Of a stretch of 64,000 nt of DNA, positions 28,478 through 38,595 are shown one piece after another. Every line of letters begins with the position of its first letter. Positions within the stretch are counted from its first letter, which is position 1. The notes below the pieces were generated by a model, which worked only from the letters and a program-made list of their open reading frames with translations, did no database searches and was not told where the DNA came from. This DNA comes from Elusimicrobiota bacterium (GTDB taxonomy: Bacteria > Elusimicrobiota > Elusimicrobia > UBA1565). Location: the NCBI GenBank assembly GCA_043819795.1, contig JBDREN010000126.1, positions 8,541-72,540 on the forward strand, read 5' to 3'. The translations under genes were made by a program, and so were the position numbers.

Positions 28478-28671
28478 GCTAGACCTCCAAAATGTTCATC
28501 CCACCCATTTAATAGCCCCGAAGCGGCTGAAAGTCAAGGACAAGAGGCTGACAATCATATGTAAATAAAGATTATATTATAAGCTCTTTTATTTTTTGTC
28601 AACCAAAAGCTCTGCATCGTCTGACAACGCGGGCTGAGAGGCTCGCGGTGCGAGACGTTCAGGCCGCTCCG
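28214..28671. repeat. Duplicated segment, copy 2
   Basis: Matches 26838..27295; identity ends at GCCGCTCCG (28663-28671). Confidence 0.9.
28574..28602 (-). promoter_or_regulatory. Sigma70 promoter of collagen gene 2
   Basis: Same TTGACA-N17-TAATAT as at 27198-27226. Confidence 0.7.
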
Positions 28672-28725
28672 CTTGCAAGCGGAGCGGGCGCCCTGGTATC
28701 CTTTAGAAGCCTCGTCTCTTTTCTA

Positions 28726-30474
28726 ATGCGCCATCTCCGGAAGATCTGGCCGTACATGAAGCCCTACCGGGGCCGCTACGCGGCCGGGCTCCTTATCGTC
28801 GTCGTGGGGAGCCTGCTGGCCGTGGTGAGCCCGCTCTTCATCAAGGCCGCCATCGACAGCCTGGAACGCGGGGACCCGGGCGGCGCGGTCGGGTTCTTCG
28901 CGCTGATGATCGTCTGCGTAGGAGTCGTGCGCGCCGCCTTCGTCTTCCGCGGCCGCTACACGGTCATCTCGACCTCGCGGTTGGTCGAGCACGACCTGCG
29001 CCTCCGGCTCTACCGCAAGCTCCTGCGCCTGCCGGCGCTCTTCTTCGACCGTCAGGCATCGGGGGACCTGCAATCCCGCGTCATCAACGACGTGGAGGGG
29101 GTGCGCATGGTGACCGGCCTGGGGATGATGCTCGTCGTCTCCAGCGGCCTGCTCGCGACGCTGAGCGTCGCCGCCATGTTCGCGCTCGACGCCAGGCTCG
29201 CCGCGCTTTCCCTCATTCCCCTCGCCCTCATCACCGCGCTCACGAACCTCATCACAGGGAGGCTCTTCGCCCAGTGGGAGGCGATCCAGGACCGCCTCGG
29301 CACGATCAGCACGATCGCCCAGGAGAACTTCTCGGGAGCGCGCGTCGTGCGCGCCTTCTCGCGCGAAGAGGCCGAGAGCCGCGCCTTCGCGCGGGCTTCG
29401 CGCGACTACCTCGAAGCCAACATCGTCCACGTGCGCACGCGGGGCGCGGCCTACGGCCTGATGACGCTCCTCATCGAGTCCACGATCGGCGTGACCCTGC
29501 TCGTCGGCGGCATGGGCATCATCGCGGGGACGCTCACCAAAGGCGACTTCGTGGCGTTCACGGCCTACCAGTTCATGCTCGCATGGCCGGTCGTCTCCAT
29601 GGGCTGGGTGATCACCATGATCCAGCGCGGCGCGGCCTGCATGGACCGCGTCTCCAAGATACTGGACGCTCCGGAGGAAGAGACGGACGATCCGCCCGAG
29701 GTCCCGCCCCCCTCCCGCGGAGAGATCGAGCTGCGGGACCTCACCTTCCGCTACACGGGCGACCGGCCGCCCGCCCTGAAGGGCGTGTCGCTCAAGATCG
29801 CCCCCGGCGAGCGGGTCGCGGTCGTCGGCCGCACCGGCTCGGGCAAGAGCGCCCTCATCCAGATCCTGCTCGGCCTCTACCGGGCGCCGCGCGGAAGCGT
29901 TTTCCTCGACGGGCGCGACATCAACGATTACCCGCGGCGCGCCCTCCGGGCGGCCATGGGAAGCGTCCCGCAGGACACGTTCCTGTTCAGCGACACCATC
30001 TCCTTCAACATCGCCTTCGGGACCGACGGCGGGGGCGACGCGCCTGAAGAGGCGATCCTCAAGGCCGCGGAGGGCTCGCGCATCTCGGAGGACCTCGCGG
30101 CCTTCCCCGACGGGATCGAGCAGGTCATCGGCGAGCGCGGCATCACCCTATCGGGGGGCCAAAAGCAGCGCACGGCCATCGCCCGCGCCCTCATCAGGCG
30201 CCCGGGTCTTCTGCTGCTCGACGACGCGCTCTCGAGCGTGGACGTGCACACCGAGCGGGAGATCCTCGAGCGCCTGGACGGGTTCATGGAAGGCCGGACC
30301 TGCGTGATCGTCGCGCACCGCTTCTCGGTCGTCTCGAAGGTGGACCGCATCCTGGTGCTCGACGAGGGGAGGCTCGTCGAGCAGGGCACGCACGAGGCGC
30401 TCATGGCGCGCGGCGGCCTCTACGCCGCGCTCGTCGCGCGACAGAACCTCGAGGAGGCTCTGGAGCAGGCATGA
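28726..30474 (+). CDS. ABC exporter TMD-NBD subunit (MdlA/YheI-like)
   Basis: 6 TMs, 'GRTGSGKS', 'LSGGQKQR' and 'LLDDALSSVD' (non-canonical Walker B). ATG at 28726. Confidence 0.92.
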   Translation: MRHLRKIWPYMKPYRGRYAAGLLIVVVGSLLAVVSPLFIKAAIDSLERGDPGGAVGFFALMIVCVGVVRAAFVFRGRYTVISTSRLVEHDLRLRLYRKLLRLPALFFDRQASGDLQSRVINDVEGVRMVTGLGMMLVVSSGLLATLSVAAMFALDARLAALSLIPLALITALTNLITGRLFAQWEAIQDRLGTISTIAQENFSGARVVRAFSREEAESRAFARASRDYLEANIVHVRTRGAAYGLMTLLIESTIGVTLLVGGMGIIAGTLTKGDFVAFTAYQFMLAWPVVSMGWVITMIQRGAACMDRVSKILDAPEEETDDPPEVPPPSRGEIELRDLTFRYTGDRPPALKGVSLKIAPGERVAVVGRTGSGKSALIQILLGLYRAPRGSVFLDGRDINDYPRRALRAAMGSVPQDTFLFSDTISFNIAFGTDGGGDAPEEAILKAAEGSRISEDLAAFPDGIEQVIGERGITLSGGQKQRTAIARALIRRPGLLLLDDALSSVDVHTEREILERLDGFMEGRTCVIVAHRFSVVSKVDRILVLDEGRLVEQGTHEALMARGGLYAALVARQNLEEALEQA

Positions 30475-32240
30475 GGCGCATGTACGACGAGGAGGATCTC
30501 GGCAAGGCCTACGACTTGGCGCTCCTGCGCCGCTTCCTCGGCTATCTCAGGCCCCACTGGAGGCCGGTAGCCGCGACCCTCGCGGTCATCGCGGCCGGCA
30601 TCGTCATGGACCTCGCCGCGCCCTTCCTTCTGCGCGGCGCGATAGACGGCCCCATCGCGGCCGGCGACCTCCCCGGGCTCCGGCTCTACGCGGCGGCCTT
30701 CTTCGTCGTGATCGTCCTCGACGGCGTCTTCGAGATGCTCGAGCACTACATCTCCAGCGTGGCGGGCCAACGCATCATCTACGACCTTCGCGCCGAGGTA
30801 TTCGACCACCTGCAGCGCCTGCCGGCCGCCTTCTACGACCGCAGCCCGGTCGGCCGCCTGCTGACCCGCGTCACCAGCGACGTGGAGAACCTGAGCGAGC
30901 TCTTCACCTCCGGCCTGGTGGGGATGCTGAGCAACGCTCTTTTCCTCGGAGCGATCGTCGCCGCCATGCTCGTGGTGGACTGGCGGCTCACGCTTCTGAC
31001 TTTGGCCGCCGTGCCGTTCGTCGTCGCCGGGGCGGCCGTCTTCCGGGGGCACGCCCGCCGGACCTACCGCGCCATGCGCCAGGGGATCGCGGCCGTGACC
31101 GCCTACCTCAACGAGACCCTGGGCGGCGTCAAGACGATACAGATATTCAACCGTCAGGCGACGTGCGCCGAACGCTTCGCCGAGCGCCACCGGGTCTACC
31201 GCGAGCGCGCGATCCTCGCCGGGTTCATCTACTCATTCTTCTGGCCAGGCATCGAGCTCCTCACGACCCTCGTCATGGCGGCGATCCTGTGGCAGGCGGG
31301 CCGCTCGATCCTGGCCGGAGCGACGACTTTCGGCTCGTTCCTCGCTTTCTGGTACCTGGCGCGGAAGTTCTTCGAGCCCATCCGGGAGCTCGCCGAGAAA
31401 TACAACATCCTCCAGGCCGCCATGGCCTCCTCCGAACGCATCTTCAAGCTGCTCGACACCAGGCCGGACATCACGGCGCCGGAGCGGCCGGCCGCGCCCC
31501 CGCGCCGGGGCGAGATCGAGTTCCGGGACGTGAGCTTCTCCTATGACGGCGAGACGCCGGTCCTCAAAAACGTCTCCTTCAAGGTGCGGCCCGGCGAGAA
31601 GGTCGCCCTGGTCGGCTACACGGGCGCCGGGAAGACCAGCGTCCTGCACCTGCTGCTCCGCCTCTACGACGCGACCTCGGGCAGCGTCCTCGTGGACGGC
31701 GCGGACGTGCGCGACTACGACCCCCGGAAGCTCCGGCGCCGCTTCGGGACGGTGTTCCAGGACGTGTTCCTGTTCTCGGGGACGGTGGGCGAGAACATCC
31801 GCATGGGCGAGGACGTGCCGGAGGCGAAGCTCAAGGAAGCCGTGCGCCTGGTGAACGCCGAGCACGTCGTGCAAAGCCTTCCCGACGGCTACCGTTCGGA
31901 GCTGCGCGAGCGCGGCTCGGCGGTTTCCGTCGGCGAGCGGCAGCTCCTCTCTTTCGCGCGGGCGCTGGTCTCGGACCCCCCCATCCTCATCCTAGACGAA
32001 GCCACCTCCAGCGTGGACGCCGAGACCGAGGGCCTCATCCAGGAGGCGATGGAGAAGATGATGGTGGGGCGCACGGCCGTCATCGTGGCCCACCGGCTCT
32101 CCACGGTGCGCCGCGCCGACCGCATCCTGGTGCTGCACCACGGCACCCTGCGCGAGGAGGGCACCCACGAGGAGCTCCTCAAGAAGAAGGGCCTCTACGA
32201 AAAGCTCTACCGCCTGCAGTGGAGCCCTGCGGCGGCCTAA
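30471..32240 (+). CDS. ABC exporter partner subunit (MdlB/YheH-like)
   Basis: 'GYTGAGKTS', 'SVGERQLLSFARAL' and 'ILDEATSSVD'; ATGA overlap. Confidence 0.92.
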   Translation: MRRMYDEEDLGKAYDLALLRRFLGYLRPHWRPVAATLAVIAAGIVMDLAAPFLLRGAIDGPIAAGDLPGLRLYAAAFFVVIVLDGVFEMLEHYISSVAGQRIIYDLRAEVFDHLQRLPAAFYDRSPVGRLLTRVTSDVENLSELFTSGLVGMLSNALFLGAIVAAMLVVDWRLTLLTLAAVPFVVAGAAVFRGHARRTYRAMRQGIAAVTAYLNETLGGVKTIQIFNRQATCAERFAERHRVYRERAILAGFIYSFFWPGIELLTTLVMAAILWQAGRSILAGATTFGSFLAFWYLARKFFEPIRELAEKYNILQAAMASSERIFKLLDTRPDITAPERPAAPPRRGEIEFRDVSFSYDGETPVLKNVSFKVRPGEKVALVGYTGAGKTSVLHLLLRLYDATSGSVLVDGADVRDYDPRKLRRRFGTVFQDVFLFSGTVGENIRMGEDVPEAKLKEAVRLVNAEHVVQSLPDGYRSELRERGSAVSVGERQLLSFARALVSDPPILILDEATSSVDAETEGLIQEAMEKMMVGRTAVIVAHRLSTVRRADRILVLHHGTLREEGTHEELLKKKGLYEKLYRLQWSPAAA

Positions 32241-32616
32241 GCTCGAATCAGTAGGTAAGCGGTATCCAACGGACCGCCGGGTCCCGTCCCAGTTCCGTCC
32301 CGGCGGGGACGCGGTCGCCCAGAAGGCGCCGCTCTGGCCTCGGCCTCCTGAATGCGTAAGTCGGCCTCCGGCAAGCCCCGCCGGTCCGGACCTGGGCCAC
32401 CCGGCGTACTGTTCTTCGCCGCCCCAATCAACCGGGGGATTCCCGACCGCGCCGCCATCGTCTCTAAGATTTTGATAAAAATTGCGCTGCAATACACAGC
32501 GGAATTCGCATTCGGCACCGAATGCGCCCGACGCCGCGACTACTGGACGCCTCGGTGCCCTTGAAAATAAGAGAAAGAAGGCATACCCTAGGAAGTGCCT
32601 GAGGCTTGGAATGGCC

Positions 32617-34899
32617 ATGAACCGATTCGCCCTCTGCGCTGCCTTCCTCCTATCGCTGATCCTCGGCGAAACGTCTTGCCCGGCCTATGCTGAAGGGGAC
32701 AGCGAGGATGACTCGCTGCCTTATGAAACCAACACAAGCACGAGAGAGGAGCTTGAAGATTCAGAAGAGGAACTCCCCGGTGATGCGGGCGATCAGCAGG
32801 ACCAGGAGTGGTATCACCATTTGGAGTCCGAGAAAAGCACCCTTCCAGAACCCGATGAGATTGTCGAAGTGAGCGAAGGACAGGTTGACAAAGTGGTCGC
32901 GGAAGTTGCCGAAGTCGGCCGCAAGCAAACCTCTGAATCAGACGCCACTCTGGATGAACTTGATGATTCGCTCTACGAACAGATGGACTTCCAGAAAGAA
33001 GCCTTGGGATTTCTCCAAGACACGAAGTCGGGGCCCGAACCTCACTTAATCGACCTGGCCCTTCAGGAAGATGTGTCTCTGACCGTAACGATCTTGAACG
33101 ACGACAAGGCCGACCCGGAGCAAGCCGTTGAGATCGCCACAAAGATCAAGAAGAAGCATCCCGACAACCCGACGGGATTCAAGCTGGCCGCCATGGCGCG
33201 GGCCAAGCAGGGCGACAACGAGGCGGCGCTCTCGGAGATCCGCGCGGGCCTCGCGGTCGCCCCTGATGACGAGGGCCTCCAGGCGCTCGAAAAGCTCTTC
33301 ACCAAAAAACTGCGCTCGCCGTTCACCGAGAAGTCCCTGAAGGACAAGGCCGAGTCCCTGCTTACCGGCCTTCAGGAAGACTCCGGCGGGCAGGAAGGCG
33401 AAGGCGCCGGGCGGCTCGAGTCCAGCGGCGGTCCGGAGGCCGCGGCCCTGCTCGCCTCGGCGAAACTTCCGCCGCAAACGCCTTCCTCGGCGTTCCGCCC
33501 CCAGCCCAAGGCGGCGCTGGAGAAGACGATCGTCAGCGCTATGCGTGTCGGGGACTTCCGCTCCGCCGAGCGCTACCTCTCCAAGAAGATCGCGCGCGAT
33601 CCCCCGAACTGGCTCGCCCACCGCCTGCGCGCCACGGCCCGCTACGAGACCAAGGACTACGAGGGCGCGGTCGAGGACGCCACGCGGGCCATCGAGCTCA
33701 ACCCACGGGACGGCTGGTCCTACAAGTTCCGGGCCCTCGCCGGCATCGCTTTGGAGCGCTACAACGACGCGGGCCGGGACATCGGTTCGGCCTTGTCGCT
33801 CGACCCTCGGGACGCTGACGCCTACCATACGCGCGCGGTCCTCTGGGAGCGCCTGGACCGCGTCGAGGAGCAGCTCGCCGATCTGAAGCGCGCCGCCGAC
33901 CTGGACCCCGCTTTCAAGGACATCTACCGCCAGGCCCTGGCCCGGCACCGGAACCCGCCGGACAAGGCGGCTAGGACGGCCCTCGCCCTTTGGCTCCTGT
34001 ACGGGGGAGCGGCGGCCCTGTGCCTGCTCTGCTTCGGCTTCGTCCTTCTGCGCAAGCGCGGACTGACCACGGCGCGGGAAAGAGCCGCGGAAGGGGAGGA
34101 CGCCGAAGAGAGCGTCACCGGCTTCGATATCGTGCGCAAGCTGGGGCAAGGCGGCATGGGCGAGGTCTACGAGGCCGTGGACCGGGGGCTCGAGCGCCGC
34201 GTCGCCATCAAGAAGATGCGCGCGGAGATCGCGGGAGACCCCCGCGCGCGCAAGCGCTTCCTTAAGGAAGCCCGGACGGTGGCCGCCCTCAAGCACCCGA
34301 ACATCATCGAGATCCACTCCATCATCGAGGAAGGGGGCGGGTTGTATCTCGTCTTCGAGCACGTGCCCGGCGATCCCATGGACGAGGCCATCGCTCGAAG
34401 GCGCGCGCTGCCGCTGGGGGAAGCGGTCAACCTGACTCGGCAGGTGGGCCGGGCCCTCGACTACGCGCATTCCCGGGGCGTCATCCATCAGGACCTCAAA
34501 CCCGCCAACATCATGGTGAGCGACGGCACGGCCAAGGTCATGGACTTCGGCATCGCGCGGCGGGTGGCCGAGACCCTCTCGACGCTCAGCCGCGGCGAGG
34601 TCGCGGGCACTCCCGCCTACATGTCGCCCGAGCAGGAACGCGGCGGCTACCAGCCCGAGTCCGACGTCTACGCCCTGGGCGTCTGTTTCTACGAGATGCT
34701 GACCGGCCGGCCGCCGTTTACCGGCGTGGCGTCGCTCAACGCCAAGCTCCAGCGGGCGTACGTGCCGCTCAGCCGCCTGGTGCCGGGCCTCCCTCCCGCG
34801 GTCGACGCGGTCCTGGACCAGGCGCTCGAGCCCGACGTTTCCAGACGCTTCCACACCGCGGCCGACTTCGTGGCCGCCCTCGAGAAAGCCGCGGCCTAG
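32617..34899 (+). CDS. Receptor-type Ser/Thr kinase: signal peptide, acidic region, TPRs, TM, Hanks kinase
   Basis: 'LGQGGMGEVY', 'VAIKK', 'HQDLKPAN', 'DFG', 'GTPAYMSPE' and 'SDVYALG'. Start is 32611 or 32617. Confidence 0.9.
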   Translation: MNRFALCAAFLLSLILGETSCPAYAEGDSEDDSLPYETNTSTREELEDSEEELPGDAGDQQDQEWYHHLESEKSTLPEPDEIVEVSEGQVDKVVAEVAEVGRKQTSESDATLDELDDSLYEQMDFQKEALGFLQDTKSGPEPHLIDLALQEDVSLTVTILNDDKADPEQAVEIATKIKKKHPDNPTGFKLAAMARAKQGDNEAALSEIRAGLAVAPDDEGLQALEKLFTKKLRSPFTEKSLKDKAESLLTGLQEDSGGQEGEGAGRLESSGGPEAAALLASAKLPPQTPSSAFRPQPKAALEKTIVSAMRVGDFRSAERYLSKKIARDPPNWLAHRLRATARYETKDYEGAVEDATRAIELNPRDGWSYKFRALAGIALERYNDAGRDIGSALSLDPRDADAYHTRAVLWERLDRVEEQLADLKRAADLDPAFKDIYRQALARHRNPPDKAARTALALWLLYGGAAALCLLCFGFVLLRKRGLTTARERAAEGEDAEESVTGFDIVRKLGQGGMGEVYEAVDRGLERRVAIKKMRAEIAGDPRARKRFLKEARTVAALKHPNIIEIHSIIEEGGGLYLVFEHVPGDPMDEAIARRRALPLGEAVNLTRQVGRALDYAHSRGVIHQDLKPANIMVSDGTAKVMDFGIARRVAETLSTLSRGEVAGTPAYMSPEQERGGYQPESDVYALGVCFYEMLTGRPPFTGVASLNAKLQRAYVPLSRLVPGLPPAVDAVLDQALEPDVSRRFHTAADFVAALEKAAA

Positions 34900-35027
34900 A
34901 TCCTAGCGCGACCGCGTCCCTGCCGGCCGGACCCGGGACGGGCCCCGTCGCCCCCCGGGACGCCCGGCTCGACTCGGCCGTCCGATATTTGGGACAATGC
35001 TCCCAAGACTTCCGAGGAGAGACGCGT

Positions 35028-35474
35028 ATGACCCCGCAGGCATCCATCGCCCGGAACAAGATCAGTATCAAGAAGACCTTCGCGGCGGCGCGAGAGAAGC
35101 TCTTCTCCGCTTGGACCGATCCCGAGATCCTCAAGAAGTGGTTCGGGCCCTCGGACGAGTGGGTCGTCCGCGTGGAAGCCCTGCCCGTGCGCGCCGGCGG
35201 CCGCTTCACCATCGTCCTGGCCGAGAAGTCCGGGACCGAGCACGAGCTCACCGGGTTCTTCGATCAGGTCGCGGCCCCCGAGAAGCTCGTCTTCAGCTGG
35301 GCGTGGGAAGGCGACGAGTACTTCGGCGAGAACCGCGTCACCGTCGAGCTGCGCGAGGCCGGCGCCTCCACCGAGCTCGCCCTGACCCACGGCCTCTTCC
35401 CCGACAAGAAGCTCGTGGCGAGCCACGAGGAGGCGTGGAACCGCCGCCTCGAACGGCTCGCCAAGGCCCTTTGA
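35028..35474 (+). CDS. SRPBCC/AHSA1 (START-like) domain protein
   Basis: 'LFSAWTDPEILKKWFGP', 'P.KLVFSWAWE' and 'T.L.LTH......HEEAW'. GAGGAG SD. Confidence 0.88.
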   Translation: MTPQASIARNKISIKKTFAAAREKLFSAWTDPEILKKWFGPSDEWVVRVEALPVRAGGRFTIVLAEKSGTEHELTGFFDQVAAPEKLVFSWAWEGDEYFGENRVTVELREAGASTELALTHGLFPDKKLVASHEEAWNRRLERLAKAL

Positions 35475-38152
35475 GGTTCGCGGCCCTCGCCGCGATCCTG
35501 ATCATGGGGACCTTTCCTCTACGAGCCGCGCCGGCTCGGGAACGGGACTTGCCGCGGCGCCCGGCGGTCAAGGGCCTTTCGCGCGACGTCGCCCGCGCGC
35601 GCGCGCGGCGCGTGAGCGGCGTCCGCTACGCGCTTCTCTTCCGCTTGGACACGGAGGGAGACGTCTTCTCGGGGCGCGCGACGATCCGGTTCGACCTCAA
35701 AGGCGCCGACCGCCCCCTCACGGTGGATTTCGCCAAAGGGACGATCGGCCCCGAGGGGCTGTCCGTCAACGGGAAGGCCGCGGCGCCGGAGTACAACGGC
35801 CTGTTCCTCACCCTGCCGCCCGGCTCGCTCCGGGAGGGCCCGAACGAGGTCGCGATCGCCTTCTCGCATCCCTACAGCGAGGCGGGGCCCGGGCTCTACC
35901 GGTTCCGCGCCCCCATTGACGGCAAGGTCTACGTCTACACGGACTTCGAGCCCTACGACGCCAACAACCTCTTCCCCTGCTTCGACCAGCCCGACATCAA
36001 GGCGACCTACGCTCTTACGGTCGAGGCCCCCGCCTACTGGCAGGTGATCAGCGCCGTGTCCGAGTCCGAGATCATGCCGGGCCCGGGCGGCCGCCGGGTC
36101 TGGACGTTCCCCGAAAGCCAGCGCTTCAGCACCTATCTTTTCTCGCTGCACGCCGGGCCGTACGTCGTCTGGAAGTCCTCGGCGGACGGCATCCCCCTGA
36201 GGCTTTTCGCCCGCCGGGCCATCGCCCGCCACGTCAACGTCGCCGAATGGATGACGATCACCAAGCAGGGGCTCGCCTTCTACAACGAGTACTTCGACTA
36301 TCCCTACCCGTTCGGCAAGTACGACCAGATCATCGTCCCGGATTTCGGCGGCGGCGCCATGGAGAACGTGGCGGCGGTGACCTTCGGGGAGGACTACGTT
36401 CACCGCGGCAAGGCCACCTGGAAGGACCGCGTGCTGCGCGCGGACCTGATCCTCCACGAGATGTCCCATATGTGGTTCGGCAACCTCGTCACCATGAAAT
36501 GGTGGGACGATCTCTGGCTCAACGAGAGCTTCGCCACCTACCTCACCTACGTCGCGATGCGCGAGGCCACCGAGTTCAAGGACGCCTGGCAGTTCTTCCA
36601 CCTCGACACCAAGCAGTGGGCCTATTGGGAGGACCAGCTGGTCACCACCCACCCGGTCGAGGCCGACGTCCCCGACACGCAGGAGGCCTTCGCGAACTTC
36701 GACGGCATCGCCTACGCGAAAGGGGCCTCGGTGCTCAAGCAGGCCGCCTACTACCTCGGGGGCGACCGGTTCCGCGACGGCGTGCGGAGGTATTTCAAGG
36801 AGCACGCCTACGGGAACGCCGACCGGACGGACTTCATCGCGGCGCTCGAGGAGGCCTCCGGCCGCAAGCTGGACTCCTGGACGCGGCAATGGCTGCGGAC
36901 GGCGGGGGTGAACACCGTGCGGGCGGAGTTCTCCTGCCAAGACGGCGCCGTGTCCTCCTTCCGGCTGGCGCAGGAGGCTCCCGACGGGCATCCCACCCTC
37001 AGGGAGCACCGGACCAGGATCGCCTTCTTCAGCGGCCCGCCCGAAGGGCCCCTGCGAGCGCGCACGGTCCTGCCCGAGGTCGGCTACGCGGGCGCATCCA
37101 CCCCGGTGCAGAGCCTCGTCGGGGAAAGCTGTCCGGTCATCGTCTACCCCAACCAGGAGGACCACGACTACGTGAAGGTCCGGCTGGACCCGCGCTCGCT
37201 CTTGGCCGTCAAGGCCAGGCTCGCGGACGTGGAGGACGACCTCGACCGGGCGATGCTGTGGCTGACTTTGTGGAACATGGTGGAGGACGCCGAGCTGAGC
37301 GTGATCGAGTACTGCGACCTCGTCAACCGCCACCTGCCCCGCGAGCGGAGCTATCAGACGCTGGCCGCGGTGCTCAAGACCATCCACTTCAGCACCCCGG
37401 AGTTCTCCTCGGCCCTGATGTATCTGTCCGGCGACGGCCCGCCGTGGGAATCCCTCCGGGAGCGATACGTGGCTCGCTTCGAAGAGCTCCTCTGGGAGAA
37501 GCTCGAGAAGGCCGAGCCTGGAACGGACGAACAGACGCTATGGTTCGACAGCTTCGTCCGCGTGGCCGCGAGCGAGCCGGGCCTGCGGAGGATCGCGGAG
37601 ATGCTGGACGGCGGGCTCGCCTTCCCCGGCCTGGAGATCGACCCGGACCGCCGATGGGGCATCGTCCATCGGATCAACCGCCTGGGCGCGCCCGAAGCGA
37701 AGCGGCTCGTCGAGGCGGAGCTCGAGCGCGACGGGACCCGCAGAGGCCAGACCGCCGCCATACGGGCCGAGGCCTGCCGGCCCGACTGGAACGCCAAGAA
37801 GAAATGGCTCGATATGATCGCCGCGGACGAGCCCGGACGGCCCTTCCCCGACCTCAAGGAAGCCATGGAGAGCGTCTTCCCCTACGGCCAGGACCGCTTC
37901 CGCCGCCGGTTCGCCGGGGATTTCTACGCGCGGCTCAAGGTCTTCGCCGGGACGAAGCCTAAGGAGTTCCTGCGGTCGTACGCGGAGAACCTCGTCCCCG
38001 CCGCATGCGATAAGGACGACGTCCGCGCGCTCGGGGCATTCATCGGGGAGAACCCGGACCTGCCCCCGGTCGTGCTGAAGGCTCTGCGCGTGGCCAAGCA
38101 GGAGGCCGAGCGCTGCCTTAAGGTCCGGGCCCTGGCGCGCGCGGGCCGATGA
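35471..38152 (+). CDS. pepN: Aminopeptidase N (M1 family) with signal-peptide-like N-terminus
   Basis: 'GAMEN', 'HEMSHMWFGNLVTMKWWDDLWLNESFA' and 'FDGIAYAKGA'. TTG start overlaps the upstream stop. Confidence 0.92.
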   Translation: MRFAALAAILIMGTFPLRAAPARERDLPRRPAVKGLSRDVARARARRVSGVRYALLFRLDTEGDVFSGRATIRFDLKGADRPLTVDFAKGTIGPEGLSVNGKAAAPEYNGLFLTLPPGSLREGPNEVAIAFSHPYSEAGPGLYRFRAPIDGKVYVYTDFEPYDANNLFPCFDQPDIKATYALTVEAPAYWQVISAVSESEIMPGPGGRRVWTFPESQRFSTYLFSLHAGPYVVWKSSADGIPLRLFARRAIARHVNVAEWMTITKQGLAFYNEYFDYPYPFGKYDQIIVPDFGGGAMENVAAVTFGEDYVHRGKATWKDRVLRADLILHEMSHMWFGNLVTMKWWDDLWLNESFATYLTYVAMREATEFKDAWQFFHLDTKQWAYWEDQLVTTHPVEADVPDTQEAFANFDGIAYAKGASVLKQAAYYLGGDRFRDGVRRYFKEHAYGNADRTDFIAALEEASGRKLDSWTRQWLRTAGVNTVRAEFSCQDGAVSSFRLAQEAPDGHPTLREHRTRIAFFSGPPEGPLRARTVLPEVGYAGASTPVQSLVGESCPVIVYPNQEDHDYVKVRLDPRSLLAVKARLADVEDDLDRAMLWLTLWNMVEDAELSVIEYCDLVNRHLPRERSYQTLAAVLKTIHFSTPEFSSALMYLSGDGPPWESLRERYVARFEELLWEKLEKAEPGTDEQTLWFDSFVRVAASEPGLRRIAEMLDGGLAFPGLEIDPDRRWGIVHRINRLGAPEAKRLVEAELERDGTRRGQTAAIRAEACRPDWNAKKKWLDMIAADEPGRPFPDLKEAMESVFPYGQDRFRRRFAGDFYARLKVFAGTKPKEFLRSYAENLVPAACDKDDVRALGAFIGENPDLPPVVLKALRVAKQEAERCLKVRALARAGR

Positions 38153-38595
38153 GCGGGCGGCGGACGTTCGTGATCGCCATGTCCGAGCGCCGCCACCGCT
38201 TCCGCCCGGACGAGCTCGCGCCGCACGCCCCGCGCAGACCCGGAGTCTACGAGCTGCTGGCCTGCGGCGACAAGACGGAGCCCGAGGTCCTCTACGTGGG
38301 GCTGGCCTTGCCGGGGCCGGGACAAGGCGGGACCATCTACGACGCGCTCGCCGCGCACCTCATGGGCGCCCGGCGCCCGAGGCGCGAGGACCTCCTCATC
38401 ATCTCCCCGGAGATCTATTTCGACTACGTGCTCGACGCCGGCGACCTGTCGCCCGACGACCACAAGGACATCGCCGGCGCGCTCATCGCCCGAAACCGCC
38501 CCCGGCTCAACCCGCCCGCCCCCCCGCCCTCATCCGGCAGGTACGAGGCGGTCGCGATCCGGGAGTCCGAGCCGCTCCAGGAGGAGACCCCATGA
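38149..38595 (+). CDS. GIY-YIG-fold protein, apparently lacking catalytic Arg/Glu
   Basis: 'APRRPGVYEL...LYVGLA...IYDALAAH...ALIARNRPRLN'. ATGA overlaps at both ends. Confidence 0.6.
   Translation: MSGRRTFVIAMSERRHRFRPDELAPHAPRRPGVYELLACGDKTEPEVLYVGLALPGPGQGGTIYDALAAHLMGARRPRREDLLIISPEIYFDYVLDAGDLSPDDHKDIAGALIARNRPRLNPPAPPPSSGRYEAVAIRESEPLQEETP

Noticed and set aside
32507..32526. CGCATTCGG-CA-CCGAATGCG palindrome upstream of the kinase
   Set aside because: Single short GC-rich hairpin with no other support for a function.
34997..35470. N-terminal extension making PepN 1051 aa (possible fusion or frameshift)
   Set aside because: It overlaps the SRPBCC gene in another frame and has Arg/Pro-rich shadow composition; the TTG at 35471 gives a coupled start.
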